A stretch of DNA of 61,438 bases, the filler included, from an uncultured bacterium (GTDB lineage: Bacteria > CAYJOG01), in NCBI GenBank assembly GCA_964371695.1. It is 4 parts of 4 records of this genome, joined end to end, with 100 filler letters (N's around TTAATTAATTAA, not from the genome) between each part and the next. Parts side by side here need not be neighbours in the genome. Positions count along the whole stretch, not along the records: positions 1 to 15,860 come from CAYJOG010000016.1; positions 15,961 to 31,363 come from CAYJOG010000018.1; 2 more parts are not named here. The stretch is one strand, 5' to 3'. The translations under genes and the position numbers were made by a program. Under the pieces are notes generated by a model, which was not told where the DNA came from, did no database searches, and worked only from the letters and a program-made list of their open reading frames with translations. This document shows, piece after piece, positions 9,287 through 21,400 of this stretch. The stretch's first letter is position 1. Every line of letters begins with the position of its first letter.

Positions 9287-12200
9287 CACGGTCCACCTCC
9301 CTGCGCCAGGATGATTTCTTGTGGTGGCGCGGTTTGGTCATCGAGAAGAAAGTAACGCCGCTCCGCGCCCACGTCCGCCACCAGCAGCAGGTGCTCCCGC
9401 TGGCGCTCCAGGCGCACCAAGCGCGACTGACCTTGGCCGGGATTCACGGGCAAGCGCTCCGCCGCCACCGGTCCCTGGGCGGGCTGACGGTAAAGCGCCA
9501 GTTCACCCTGCGCGTCACTGAGAAAATAGAGCCACTGGCCATCCACGGAATAGGTGGGATAGGTGTTCACCCGCGCATCGGGGGTGCTCACCGTGGACTG
9601 AGGTGTGAAAACCCCGCCGGTTACCAAGCCGGTGACAATTTCAAACCCACTTTCAGTCCTCACCACATAGGCCAGCCGCCCCCCCAACCCCAAACTGGGC
9701 AGACTGGCACGCTCATGAGTGCCACTCACTCTTGGCGGGTCGCTGGTGGGACCGTCGATGAGATAAATGCCACTTTTGCCTTGTTCGTCTGTGGCATCGA
9801 ACACCGCCAGGGGCTGATCTGGCGCGACGGAGGTGTAGCCAGGCGTGAGACCCGAAAGGCCAATCTTTTGGCCCGGCCCGGGTGGCCCCTGGCCCAGTTG
9901 CTGCACCCACAACTCACCCTCGCCCTGATCAGACACGCCTGAATAAATGAGAAAATTTTGTGGCGACACCGAAGGCAGCATGTGGCTGCCGGGGTTGGTG
10001 CTCACCGGCTGCTGGCCCCCCTGAGGTGTCCAGCGCACTACCTGAAAACTCCCCTGCACCATCCGCGTGAGGAACAGATCCTCCAGCGCCGGGCCGGGTT
10101 CCTCTCCAATATTCAACGTGTTGGTGAAAACCATTGCCGAGGTGTCCTGCAAGAAGGCCGGAATGGGATCTACCGAAACACCGGTGAGGGCCGCCTCATT
10201 CCAGCCAAACCCGGTATCGGCGCTGGCCGGTGGCGTCAATACATCAGGCACGAAGGCCTCTAAAGTGAGCGGCCCCAGTATTCCCCGCAGGGTGGGTTCA
10301 TCCACCTGCGTGAACAACGTCATGTGAAACGTGGGTCCATTGGGGACCACCATGGTGAGGAGGGCCGCATTCACCGGCGCAGCCTGAGTTGCCCGCACCC
10401 GTGTATTGTCCTCCGTCACAGGAAAAACATCGTCCAGGTTGGTGCCCGCGAACCCCAAACCAGGACGCTGAATATCAAACAGCACAAGGCTGTCATAGGC
10501 GACACCATCCATGGCCAGCGGCGTGAGACTCATGAGATAGTTGCCGGGAGGACGACTGAGATTGGTTGTCAGTTTGTCCACCTGCAGGATTTGAACCGTG
10601 TCGGCGACTTGATCCAAATTGGCGCTCAACTGCACCGCATAGGCGGACTCTGCAACGGTTGGCAATCCAGCTTCTGTATGACGAAGAGCAAACCCTGTGC
10701 CTTCTTCTGAATAAAAGCGGGCAATTCCCTGCTGGGGATCAAATTCCACCTTCACCACTGCGCTTGTCCCATTGGCGAACGCCAGACCCGGCAGCTCCAT
10801 GGTCTTGTTCACGCCCCCCAGGCTCACCAGCACCCTTAATCGGCATGGCCCATTCGGGTCTTGAACCATTTCAATGCCAAGTCCCTGGCAGGTAAGACAC
10901 CCCGAGGCCGGTTTGCCCAACCATAACCCAACGCCACCATGGTGTGTCAACTGGGCCGGAATCATCAGTTCACCTTCCACCCGAATGATTTCACCCTGTG
11001 GCGGCTGGTAGTCTCCAAAAACGGTTTCCACCCGCGAGTAGTTGGCATTTCCGCCGTGGCCCAAGGGAAACACCAAAACACCATTTTGAGCCACAGGATT
11101 CGCCACACTGTCCTGCACCACAATTCGCCACAAACCATCCTGCCCCACCTGCTCCCGCACGCGCAGGCTGTCGAACTCATCTACAAGGGGATTGGGGTAA
11201 TCAGGATCAGGGTTGAACACCAAATGACCAGGATTCACATACCCCGCCGCCACGCTGATGCCGCGCACCCCTCCGGTAAAGGGCCGGATGGCCGCCAACA
11301 CCTGCGCTGCCGTCTGGCCACCGGCGTCCTGATCAGTCACCAGGGGCGCAATCCCTTCATAATTTCCACTACCTGGAGGTTGCTCTGCCAGTGAAATCAG
11401 TTGGGAGAGCACCGCCTCTGGCGAAGGCCCGGAGCCCCCCTGATGAGAAGGATTCAGCAACAGGGCTTTGAGATCAGCTATTCCCGCTTCGGCCCGCGCC
11501 CGGATTCGCAACAGATCGCCCACTTGCACCGCTTGCGCCGAGGGATTCGAATCCTTCACCAACTGCGCTTGAGATGATGGAGGCGGTGGAGGTGGCGGCC
11601 CTTGGTTCGTGACCAGCGTGTTCACCGCGAGGTTACCCGCCCGGTCGGCCACCGTGAGCACAAACGTGTGAGGCGTGTTGGGATCCAGCGGGCTAGGTGT
11701 ATTTGCTAAAAATTCGCCTGAAGACCCAGTCAGGATGGAAACCTGAACACCATCCACCGAGAGAGAGAGGCGGGTTTGATCCACACCACTCCCCATGTTC
11801 CCCTGGGGCTCCTCCACCCTGAATCGCAGGGATGACGCCGGTGAATAATTTCCCTGTGCCGTGGGGTTCAACCAGGAGACCGCAGGGGGCAATGTGTCCA
11901 GCAAAATCTCCAGCAGCCGTGGATCACCCACGTTGCCCGCCTGATCGGTGACGCTGAAAAGGAAGGAATTCACCCCTTCCTGCAATGACACGGGCACCTG
12001 AAACCGTCCATCGGGAAGCACCAGCACTGGTGTGTTATCCATGTTCAGTGACGCCCCAGGCTCCGTCACGCCTTCCACCAACACTGAGGGCATGTTCACA
12101 TAGGCGGGATCGCGGGCGGGTTGAATAATCTGAATAAACGGTGGCGTGGTGTCTGGCGCATCGGTTCTGGTCACCACCAACGTGGTGGTGACCACGTTAC

Positions 12201-15200
12201 CGGCGCCATCCATCGCCGTCAGCACCAGAACATTGCCGCCTCCCTGCAGAGTGGCAGGGACGCTGAAATTTCCCCCCGCATCCAAAACAAGCGGCGTGTT
12301 CCCCATCGACGCCGTAGCCACAAGACCGCTGTCGTCCTGAATCGTACCCGTCACCGTCACCATCTGTTCCGTGGTTTCAAACGGAGAATTGGTGGGGAAC
12401 GTCACGGTGATCACCGGGGGCGCATGGTCTTGCTGCGGGGGTGGTGGTGGGCCTTGGGTGGACAAGGTGATCATCCTCACCACAGACACACTTTTCCCGC
12501 TGCCGTCGGTGGCCTGAAACGTCAACGCATTGGGACCCGGCGACAAAAACACCAAGCCTTGAAACTGGCCATTCGTCAAGGTCAGCGGCCTGCCGTTCAC
12601 CATCACAGACACCACACCCGACCCTTCGTCCACCGCCTGGCCCGAAACCATGAACTCTGCCGAGGAAACCGTGATGTCGCCCTGGGGTTGCATCAAATTA
12701 AGCGTAGGCGGCTGGGTATCCACCACAAAATAGGCGCTGGCCGTTGGTGCGGCATTACCATTGATATCCCTGGCCTCCACACTCAGAAAGTGCCCCCCCT
12801 CCGCCTTGGCTTCAAGCATCGTATTCACGGTCACGGGTACGCCCACTGGGGAACTCCACTGCAGGAGCGTCACCGAAGCGCCATCCAGCAGAATGACTAC
12901 GCTGGTGCGGTCGATGTCTTCGTTGTCCGTAATCCCTGCAGATACCCCAAACGGCATTTGGGTCACCATCTGACCCGGTGTGGGTGAGAACAACTGAATC
13001 TGCGGGGCGTTAGGGTCCGGCGGGCTGTAGGTGAGTATTCTCACCACAGGAGCAGAGAAATTGCCCGCATTGTCCCTGGCTTGAATGGAAAACACATTCT
13101 GACCAGGAGCCAACGTCATGCTGAAGTTAAAGCCGGTGGGGCCAATGGCCGCCACCGCGCCATTCACCATCACCTGTGACACCCCCGAAGCCCCATCCGC
13201 CACCGTCCCCAGCAAAGTCACGGAAGCCTGGCTAACCACGATGTCCTGGGGATGGCTGATGAGGGTCAACACCGGCGGCTGGGTATCTAAATTAAATCCA
13301 CGGGTGGCCGAGGACGTTTTCCCAGCGCCGTCCTGCACCGTGATGGTCAGAAAATGCGCTCCATCTCCCCGATTGGGCAACATGCCCTGAACCACCTGCT
13401 GGGTGGCGGACCCGGCAGCGGCGGGCAACTGCCCCGTGATGGAAGAACCATCCAGACTGATGTTGATGGTGTTGACGTTCACCTGCTGGTCATCGGTGAA
13501 AACCACCTCCAGGGAAACTGGCTGGGTATTCAGCCAAATGCCTTCCTGGGGGCTTTGCACCAACACCTGGGGTGGCGCAGTATCCCCAACGATAGGAGTG
13601 TACTGAATCTGACGCACCAGCGTGGCGGCGTTACCGCTGTTGTCCGTGGCTTGAAAAGTCAACACGTTGGGACCTGGGTTTAGTGCCTGCATAAAGCTAA
13701 AAGCACCGCCCTGCAGCGTCACCGTCACACCGTTCAAAGTAAGCAACGCCACGCCGGTGCCCCCATCCGTCACGGTTCCCTCAAACAACAGACTGGCGGT
13801 GGTCACCGTGGTGTCGGCGGGGGGCTGGGTCAGCGTAATTTGAGGGGGCGTGGCGTCCACCACCGGCGGGGTATACGTCAAGGTGCGCACTACCGGTGAT
13901 CCCGCGTTACCGCTGCCGTCCACCGCTTGTAACGTCACTGTGTTTACACCCGGCGACATTGCCTGACTAAATTGAAACGACTGGCCCTGTAAAGTGACCG
14001 ACGAGCCATTTACCAACAACTGCGCCACGCCGCTGAGGTCATCGGTGACCGTCCCCTGAAAAGTCACGTTCGCTGTGGCCACCGCACCATCTGCGGCGGG
14101 TTGGGCCAACGACACCACCGGACCCGTAGTATCCGGGGGCACGCTTTGCTGCCCCGTCGCCGTCACCACCATGGTGGTGGTGTTACCTGCCGCGTCCACC
14201 GCCGTGACGGTGAAAGTGTTCACTCCCAAAGCCGCTGCCACCGATGGCGCTTGATAACTGCCGTTGTTGTTGGTGGCGGCCACCCCGTTTACCGTCACAT
14301 TCGCGCCGACCTCGGTGGCGCCCGCCACCACAATGGCTTGGCCCTGGGTCACCACAAGCCCCTGCAACGGCTGTGTCACGGTGAGGGAAGGCGCGGCGGT
14401 ATCCAACGTCACCTGCAATACCTGGGTGCTTGTGTGTCCTACACCATCGGTGGCAATCACGGTGAGCGTGTTCGGCCCCTCCGCCAATGTTACCGGCAAT
14501 GAAAAACTCCCCGCCGACACAGGGGCGTTCACACCATTGATTTGCACTGTGGCGGGCGTGAAATTGTCCGTGGCGGTTCCCGTCACGGTAAATGGGTTTT
14601 GATTCGTCACCGTGCCATTCAGGGGAGACGTCACCGCCAGCACCGGCGCAGTAAGGTCCACAGTGAAATTCACCGAGGCCTGCGCCGCCGCGTTGGCGGA
14701 TGTGTCCGCACCGTCCAGCGTGAGTTGGTGCGCCCCTTCGCCAAGTCCGTTGGCGGTGTAGGTCACGCTGGGCAAAGCCACCACCGCCGACACCGCCACA
14801 CCATCAAGTTTGAGTTGAACGCTACCACCGTCCACCGCCACGTTGTCCGTCACCGCACCGGTCACCGCCACGGTGCCAGAACCAAACAACTGACCCGGCC
14901 CTGGCGCAGACAGCGTCGCCACCGGTGGCGTGAGGTCCGGCGGCGTGTAAGTAACCGTGCGTTGCACCGTGGCGCTGTTGCCCGCCACGTCCGTTCCCAC
15001 GAAGGACAACACGTTCACACCGGAGGTCAAATTCACATTGTCAGAGAACCCGCCTCCCGCCAAGGCCAGCGCCTGCCCATTCACTGTCACCGATTGTGTT
15101 CCGCTGCCGCCGTCCACCAGCGTGCCACTCACAGCCAGGGGCGTGCTGGTCACACCGATATCCGTTGCCGGGGCTGTGACGGTTAACGCCGGAGCGGTGG

Positions 15201-15860
15201 CATCCACCGTGAAGGTGCTAACCAATACGGTGGGGATTCCCGTGGTGTTTTGCAGCGTCACCTGCAACGTGTGCAGGCCGTCTGCCAGTGCGGTGACCAA
15301 TGACCCCATGGCGTCACCCGCCCCAACGGTCAGGTTGCCGGTTACGTTCGCGCCATCCACCGTCACCTGCAACGACCCCGTGTTGACGCCGCTTTGGGGA
15401 TCGGAATAGGTCACGCTCACCAGCGGCGTGGCGTCGTTCACCAGTTGTCCCGCCGTGGGGACGGTCACCGCCACCGAAGGACCGCTCATATCCAGGCCGG
15501 TGCTGGCGTAGACGATGCGCTTCTCCTCGCTCTCCGCGATATAAAGGTCTCCCGTCACGGGATGAATGGCCAACCCCTGAGGCTCGTTCAACTCGTTATG
15601 GCTCAAAAGAATTTCCGGTCCCAGGCCATTGGGAAACTTCCATAGAATTTTGGAGCCAATACCCAGATACAAGTTGCCCGCCTGGTCGCTGACCAAGGCC
15701 TTGGGATTATTTTGCATCCCGATGTCCTCGATCAACACGGCCACCACGCCACCCCCCGGCTGAGGATCAAGCCGGTACAGATGCATGTCGGGGCCTTCCA
15801 GCGTCACCGTAAAAATGCGGCCATTGGGGTCCTTGGTCAGCCCCCAGGTGTGTCCATGTG
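9286..15860 (-). CDS. Giant Ig-like repeat surface protein (5'-truncated, >2190 aa): NHL repeats, ~14 bacterial Ig-like repeats, beta-sandwich domain, C-terminal TolB/PD40-like propeller
   Basis: The frame is open from the contig end at 15860. It has NHL-like PQGLAIHPVTGDLYIAE, about 14 units starting D-x-x-[AGP]-P with G-x-N...A-x-D-x-x-G-N, and a PD40-like YPTYSVDGQWLYFLSD near the C-terminus. Confidence 0.85.
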
Positions 15861-15960
15861 NNNNNNNNNNNNNNNNNNNNNNNNNNNNNNNNNNNNNNNN
15901 NNNNTTAATTAATTAANNNNNNNNNNNNNNNNNNNNNNNNNNNNNNNNNNNNNNNNNNNN
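15861..15960. other. Contig junction spacer (N-run with TTAATTAATTAA)
   Basis: N44 + TTAATTAATTAA + N44, an artificial all-frame-stop linker. Confidence 0.98.
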
Positions 15961-16252
15961 CGCCGTTGTTGTTGACCAGATTGACGCTCAGGACCCGGAA
16001 CAGGATGAGGTCGCCGCCCGATGGCCCCATGCCGTGCAGCACGTCAATCACCTTGAGCTTGAAGGTTTCGATTTTGTCGCCGCTGAAAACCGTGCGGCCT
16101 TCGCCCTCCATGCCGGGCTTCAAGTCGGTGATGGGGATGACCTGAAGGCCCGCCGAACCGCTGAGAGGTGCTGCGCTGGCCACGGTTATCCACAGACACA
16201 GACCGGCGAGCAAAGACAGAAAGCCCCCCTTTTTCAGGCTTTCTAGCAACAT
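15961..16252 (-). CDS. SpoIVB/peptidase S55-domain protein, N-terminal fragment (3'-truncated)
   Basis: Signal peptide followed by LKPGMEGEGRTVFSGDKIETFKLKVIDVL...DLILFR, typical of the S55 family N-terminus. Confidence 0.75.
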
Positions 16253-16253
16253 C

Positions 16254-16877
16254 TCAAAAACCTTCCGCCGGTGTCTGGTTAAAACTCTCCAGAGCAAAGC
16301 GCCCATCTGCCGTCACAAACCGCGTGAGCGAAACATTGGCCAGCCTGAGCTGCCGAAAGGCGCTGAGGGGCATGGCGAGCAGGTTGAGGGTCAGCATTCG
16401 AAGCGTGCCGCTGTGGGCGACGAAAACGAGCGTATCACCGGGGCCATGCTGCTTCAATAAACGGGCCAGTCCGCGCCGCGTGCGGTTGCGGAAGGCCGCC
16501 AGCGTTTCGCCGCCCTCAAAGGCCACCTTTTGCGGCGCGGTGCGCCACAGGGCCATTTCCGCGCCGTGGCGGGCTTCTATCTCGGCCAGCGTCAGGCCCT
16601 CCCAGTGGCCATAGTGCAGCTCCCGCAGCCAGTCGAGGGGCGTGGGGTCGAGCGCGGCGGCGGCGCACAGGGGCGCGGCGGTTTGCGCGGCCCGCTGCTG
16701 GGGGCTGACAAACACATGGGCGCGCGGGCGCTGGGCCAGTGCGGGGCCGAGCCAGTCCGCCAGTGCTCGGGCCTGCCGATGACCTTTTTGGGAGAGAGGC
16801 GGATTCAGTCCCCCGCCCTGATAAATCCCGGCCCGGTTCTGGGCTGTCTCGGCGTGTCTCACCAACCAGAGCTGCAT
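16254..16877 (-). CDS. Histidine phosphatase family protein (phosphoglycerate mutase/CobC-like)
   Basis: LVRHAET, LRELHYGHWEG, GGET and VAHSG motifs; start taken at MQLWLVRH. Confidence 0.9.
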   Translation of the reverse strand: MQLWLVRHAETAQNRAGIYQGGGLNPPLSQKGHRQARALADWLGPALAQRPRAHVFVSPQQRAAQTAAPLCAAAALDPTPLDWLRELHYGHWEGLTLAEIEARHGAEMALWRTAPQKVAFEGGETLAAFRNRTRRGLARLLKQHGPGDTLVFVAHSGTLRMLTLNLLAMPLSAFRQLRLANVSLTRFVTADGRFALESFNQTPAEGF

Positions 16878-16937
16878 GGGGTGATGATAGGCAAAAGCGG
16901 GCGGGGGGATGGAAGAACAAAGAAAGAAGACGGAGAT

Positions 16938-17141
16938 TGAAAGTTGGAGGATAGAAGTTGGAAGCTGGAGGTCCGAAAAGAAAAAGGCCCCGATGTTTCC
17001 CACTCCCGTCCTTCGGGTGAGTGTGGGCAAAGAACGCCGTCATTCCCGCGAAAGCGGGAATCCAGTCAAACATAAAAACCACCCTATTCCCCTCTCCCCT
17101 TTACGGGGAGAGGGTGGCGCGGAGCGCCGGGTGAGGGGTTT
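16938..17141. repeat. Composite palindromic repeat island: GGAAGTTGG leader, GTCATTCCCGCGAAAGCGGGAATCC REP-like hairpin, CCCTCTCCC/GGTGAGGG element
   Basis: The 17036-17141 part is close to identical to 52436-52540 on another contig. Confidence 0.8.
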
Positions 17142-17270
17142 ATCCAAAAACAAAAAACCAAATTCCGCGCCTTTTGCCCCACCCAGAAACAGTTCTCTCA
17201 CGGTTGAATTTACAGAGTTTTACAAAATGTTTAGCATGCGCTTGTTGTGTTTTTCAACACGAGTATGCGC

Positions 17271-18116
17271 CTAGGGCTTATTTTCAACGCTGCCCTTATT
17301 TAATTCGGTAAAATTAGCCCGAAAAGCATCAAAAAAGTTTAGTGTATTTATATATTTTTGGGCTGGAGCGCCATCGCCACATAGGGCAATAAACTTATTG
17401 ATGTACCATTCTCTTCCATAAATGCCATATTTATCAGACTCATTGATTAACTTTAGGAGTGTGTCAATTATCTTTGAGGCGTCCTCCATCTGCCGCATGA
17501 ATTCTTGAGTCTCTTCTGCAAGGAATCCATAAATTGGCCAATTAACGGCATCTAAATTGTTTGCCCCACCCCTTGACATGGGAACAGAATAACGTTTGGA
17601 AAATATTGGATTATTAAGATAGCCCCCTTTTTCTTCAGCCAGCTCACGAATCAAAGTCATTTTCGGCGTTAAAATCAGACCCAACCAGTTTGCTTTTTCG
17701 TACCATTCGGCCGCATCATTAACGGCTGGCCCCAAAATAGCCGGGGATTCTCGGTCAACATAAAACTCGCCGTATGAAACAGCCCCCCTAAAAGGCAACC
17801 CTAAATTTAATCCTTCTGGGATGATGGAAACTAGCCAATCATTTTCGTGGATTAAAAAATCATTTTTTGCTTGCTCTTCAAAAAGGTCGGCTTTTGGTTC
17901 ACAATAGAAAAATATTGTGTCCTGAACTAATATTATACCAATCGGATCAATGTCATCATGTCGAGAAGGATTAAAATATTTATAGACATTGGTCATTTTC
18001 TTGACCAATTCTTTCCGTTTATTAAGAAAGTCGATGGTTTTTTTTGAGTCCATGTTTCTGGCCCCCAAAAGGTCAATCATTACTACCATTCCTATTTTGC
18101 GCTCCCAACCAGACAC
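17271..18116 (-). CDS. AT-rich hypothetical protein, divergent class III nucleotidyl cyclase-like
   Basis: 281 aa with IDLLG, QDTIF, FRGAVSYGEF and GPAVNDA motifs in the order seen in the cyclase fold; visibly lower GC than its flanks. Confidence 0.55.
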   Translation of the reverse strand: MSGWERKIGMVVMIDLLGARNMDSKKTIDFLNKRKELVKKMTNVYKYFNPSRHDDIDPIGIILVQDTIFFYCEPKADLFEEQAKNDFLIHENDWLVSIIPEGLNLGLPFRGAVSYGEFYVDRESPAILGPAVNDAAEWYEKANWLGLILTPKMTLIRELAEEKGGYLNNPIFSKRYSVPMSRGGANNLDAVNWPIYGFLAEETQEFMRQMEDASKIIDTLLKLINESDKYGIYGREWYINKFIALCGDGAPAQKYINTLNFFDAFRANFTELNKGSVENKP

Positions 18117-18228
18117 GATAGTATTTTACAGCGACCCATCATTTAAGTCCATGTGTGTGTTTATTATTTCCCAAACTTCCGCAGAACCCTGCCGCGAAGG
18201 ACAAAATTGTTTTTTGCTTTTTTTGAAA

Positions 18229-18300
18229 CCCCTCACCCCAACCCTCTCCCCATTAAAGGGGAGAGGGGGTAGATGGCGTTCTGTTGTTCGGGTGAGGGGC
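18229..18300. repeat. CCCTCACCC-CCCTCTCCC-GGGAGAGGG palindromic element
   Basis: CCCCTCACCCCAACCCTCTCCCCATTAAAGGGGAGAGGG, near-identical to 29248-29287. Confidence 0.8.
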
Positions 18301-18428
18301 CACAGAATCGCAAAACCCCCAAAAAACAGCGGTTTTTGTCTTTGCATACCCCGGCACTGTCGTGCCGCTGGGCGCGCCCGGCAGTCTCAATAGGCTGCCG
18401 CAATCCCAAAAGACTGCCTCCCGTTTCT

Positions 18429-21400
18429 TCACCCCCCTGCCTCCACCACCCGGCCAGCGCGCAGAAACCACAGCTCAAAGCGGGGAGGTGATTTCAGACC
18501 CAGCGCCAGGGCCACCGCCTGCACATAAAGCTGACCCTGGGGGGCATAGGCGCGGGTTTTTTCCTGCAATCCGGCTTCATCCGCCACGTGGTCGGTTTTG
18601 AAATCCACCACCACCAGGCCGCCGTCTTCATCCTGATACAACAAATCCAGCGCGCCATACACCGCCCCCACCGGCGGGCTGCCCGGCAACGCCGCCGCCT
18701 GGGGCGAAAGCAGCAGCGGCAGTTCCCGCGCCACCACCCGCGGGCCAAGTTCAAACAAGCGCTGGCCCAGGGGGCCTTGCAGCAGGGTTTGCAGCAACTC
18801 CCCGGCCTCTTTCAGGGCGGCCTCGCCGGGGGGCGTGTCCAGCCGCCGGGCGGCCTGTTGCAGCAGCGCGGGCAAGGCCGCGCGCGCCGCGCCGGGTGCG
18901 GTGTGCAGGTCCAGATTTTCCAGCACGCCATGCACCAGCACACCCACCGCCATGGCGTCTGGGCGAGACAGGGACGTGAGTGCGCCGGTTCCGTCCTGGG
19001 CATCCGCATCATCGCGCCACCGGTGATGCGCCTGGGCCGAGGGGGTGGTGTGCCAGGGCCGGGACTGATGCTGGGCGGCCAGGGCGCGTTTTTGCACCAG
19101 CGCGTTTTCGGCTGCCAGCAGGACACCGGCGTCCGGGCCGGTGGATGTTTCTGCACCGGACGTGGCGGGAAGATGCGCGGGTTGTTCGGGTTCCTGAAGC
19201 ACTGCCACGTGCCGCACGGCAACACCCGGCGGCCCCTCACCGGCGGCGGGCCAGCCTGCCAGACTGGGCTTCAGCAGATCAACCAGCGTGACGATTTCAG
19301 GCACGGTTTCCCCGGCCCCAGTGGGCAGAGACGCAAATATCACCAGACGGCGCCTGGCGCGGGTGGCGGCCACATAAAGCAGGCGCACGGTTTCGGCGGC
19401 GGCGATTTTTTCGTCCAGCGCCTGGGCCTGATGGGCCAGCAGGTTGCCGTGCCCCATGAGCATCAGGGCGGGCGCGTCATTCACGTTTTTGAGAAAATCG
19501 CTGGCCCGCTGACGCGCCTGTCCGCGGGCCAGATCCGCCAGATACACCTGTTCAAATTCCAGGCCCTTGGCGGCGTGGATGGTCATCACCTGCACCGCGT
19601 CTGCCTGGGCGGGCGCAGTGGTGACCTTGACCTCTTTCACCCCCAGCGCGCCGTTGCGCAACTGGCGCAACAGGGCCACCGGCCCACCGCCGGGGTCGTG
19701 CAAAGTTTCGCGGGCCAGGCGCAAAAAACGGTTGAGCGTGGCCAAGCGGTGCGCCCCCAGAAAACGCGCCGCCTCGGTGGCCTGCGGGTGAAACAGGGTG
19801 TGCAGACGCTCAAAAAAAACATCGGTGGCGTCGTGGGCAAAAGACATCCTGAGCTGGGCCATGGACCGCGCCCCCGCCATAAAGACCACCGGCCAGTTTT
19901 TCAGCGCCCCGGCGGCGGGCAGATTTTCGCGGGCCAGTTCGGCGGCGGCCTCCTCCGTTTTTTGCCGCATGTCCCCCAACACGGCGTCACCGGGCGCAGA
20001 CAGGTTCGAGAACCATTCCGGCAGTCCCTTTTGCCACAGACGCAGCAGCGCCCAGTCGGGCAGTCCCACGGCGGCGCTGCGCAGCCAGGTGAGAAGCGCC
20101 AGATGATCCGCCGGGTCCAGCACCACACGCAGCAGGGCGGCGGCGTCCAGCACCACCCGCTGCAAAAACCAGTGGCGCTCCACCTGCACCACATAAGGCA
20201 CACCCGCCTCGCGCAAGGCCCGCAGGTAAACCTCCTGACTGCTGGTGGCGCGCAGCAGCAGGGCGGCTTTGGAATATTCACCCAGCGCGCCGCTCTGTTT
20301 CAGCGCCAGCAGATCCCGCGCCAGCAGGCGGGCCTCCCACCGGCGCTCCGCCTCGGCGCTCAGGGGCTTGCCCTTGCCCGCTTCGGGCAAACGCCACAGC
20401 TCCACAGCCCGGCGGGGGCCGCCACCCTGCTCAAAAAAATCTCCCGCGGCTTCGTTTTCTTCGCTGGGGGTGAGGAACTCATAGTGGGGCTGCACGCCTG
20501 TTTCGTGCTGCATCACCGGCGATATCAGGCGGTTGATCTGTCTTAAGATTTCAGGCCCGGCGCGGTGGTTGACGGTGAGGGTGTGTTTTTCGCCGCCCAT
20601 GTCCCTGAGAAAGTTTTCGTAACTGGCCAGGTCCGCCGCCCGCCACGCATAGATGCACTGCTTGGGGTCGCCCACCACAAACAAAGCGGGGCGGTTTTCT
20701 CCGGTGAGAGCCAGCCTGCGCACCACGCCGCACTGGGTGGTGTCGGTGTCCTGAAACTCATCCACCAGCAGCAGGCGCAGGCGGCATTGCTCCAGCGCGG
20801 CCACACGGGCATTTTGCAGCGCCCCCAGGGCCTCTTTGAGCAACCCCTGAAACGTGATGAGGCCCTTTTGACGGGCGCGGCGCTGCACCTCGCGCAGCAA
20901 GGGAGCCAGCGTGGCGGCGAGGGTCTGGATGGTGTCCTGATCTTCAAGTCGCTGCAGCAGGCGCAGGTGTTTTCGCGTCTGCCGGGCGCTCGACACGAGC
21001 AGGGGGCGGTTCAGGGTTTCACATTGTTCTTCGGTCTTGTTCCACTTTCCTTTTTTCCAGTCGTCCAGTTGTTTTATTACCTTGTCATTTTCCTGCGCGG
21101 CGCAAACCAGGTCTCCCAGTGAGGGGTTCTTCTCTTGCATCCGTTCCATGGCCCAGCACCACTCGGCAATCTCCTTCGGTTTTCTGAGGTTTTTCTCCCC
21201 CAGCAACGGCGCAAGGGCCTGGGCGAGTTGCGACAGCGCCGCGAAAAATGCGTCCGCAAAAACCCCGGTGACGGCGGGCGGAAACAGGTCCTGCTCCATC
21301 AGGTGTGAGTCCGCGTGTTCACCCGCCAGACGCAGCAACACCTCCGCCAACTGGTCCATGTCCACGGCCTGCTCAAACAACTGGCGCAAACTCGGCGCGA

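Noticed and set aside
15861-15960. TTAATTAATTAA palindrome within N runs (also at 31364-31463 and 46529-46628)
   Set aside because: Artificial contig linker; ORFs and neighbourhoods spanning it are not real.
18588-20546. Long antisense ORFs (652 aa here; also 42774-44558, 47841-49673, 55625-57202, 59320-60792)
   Set aside because: Expected shadow frames of high-GC genes with clear identity on the opposite strand.
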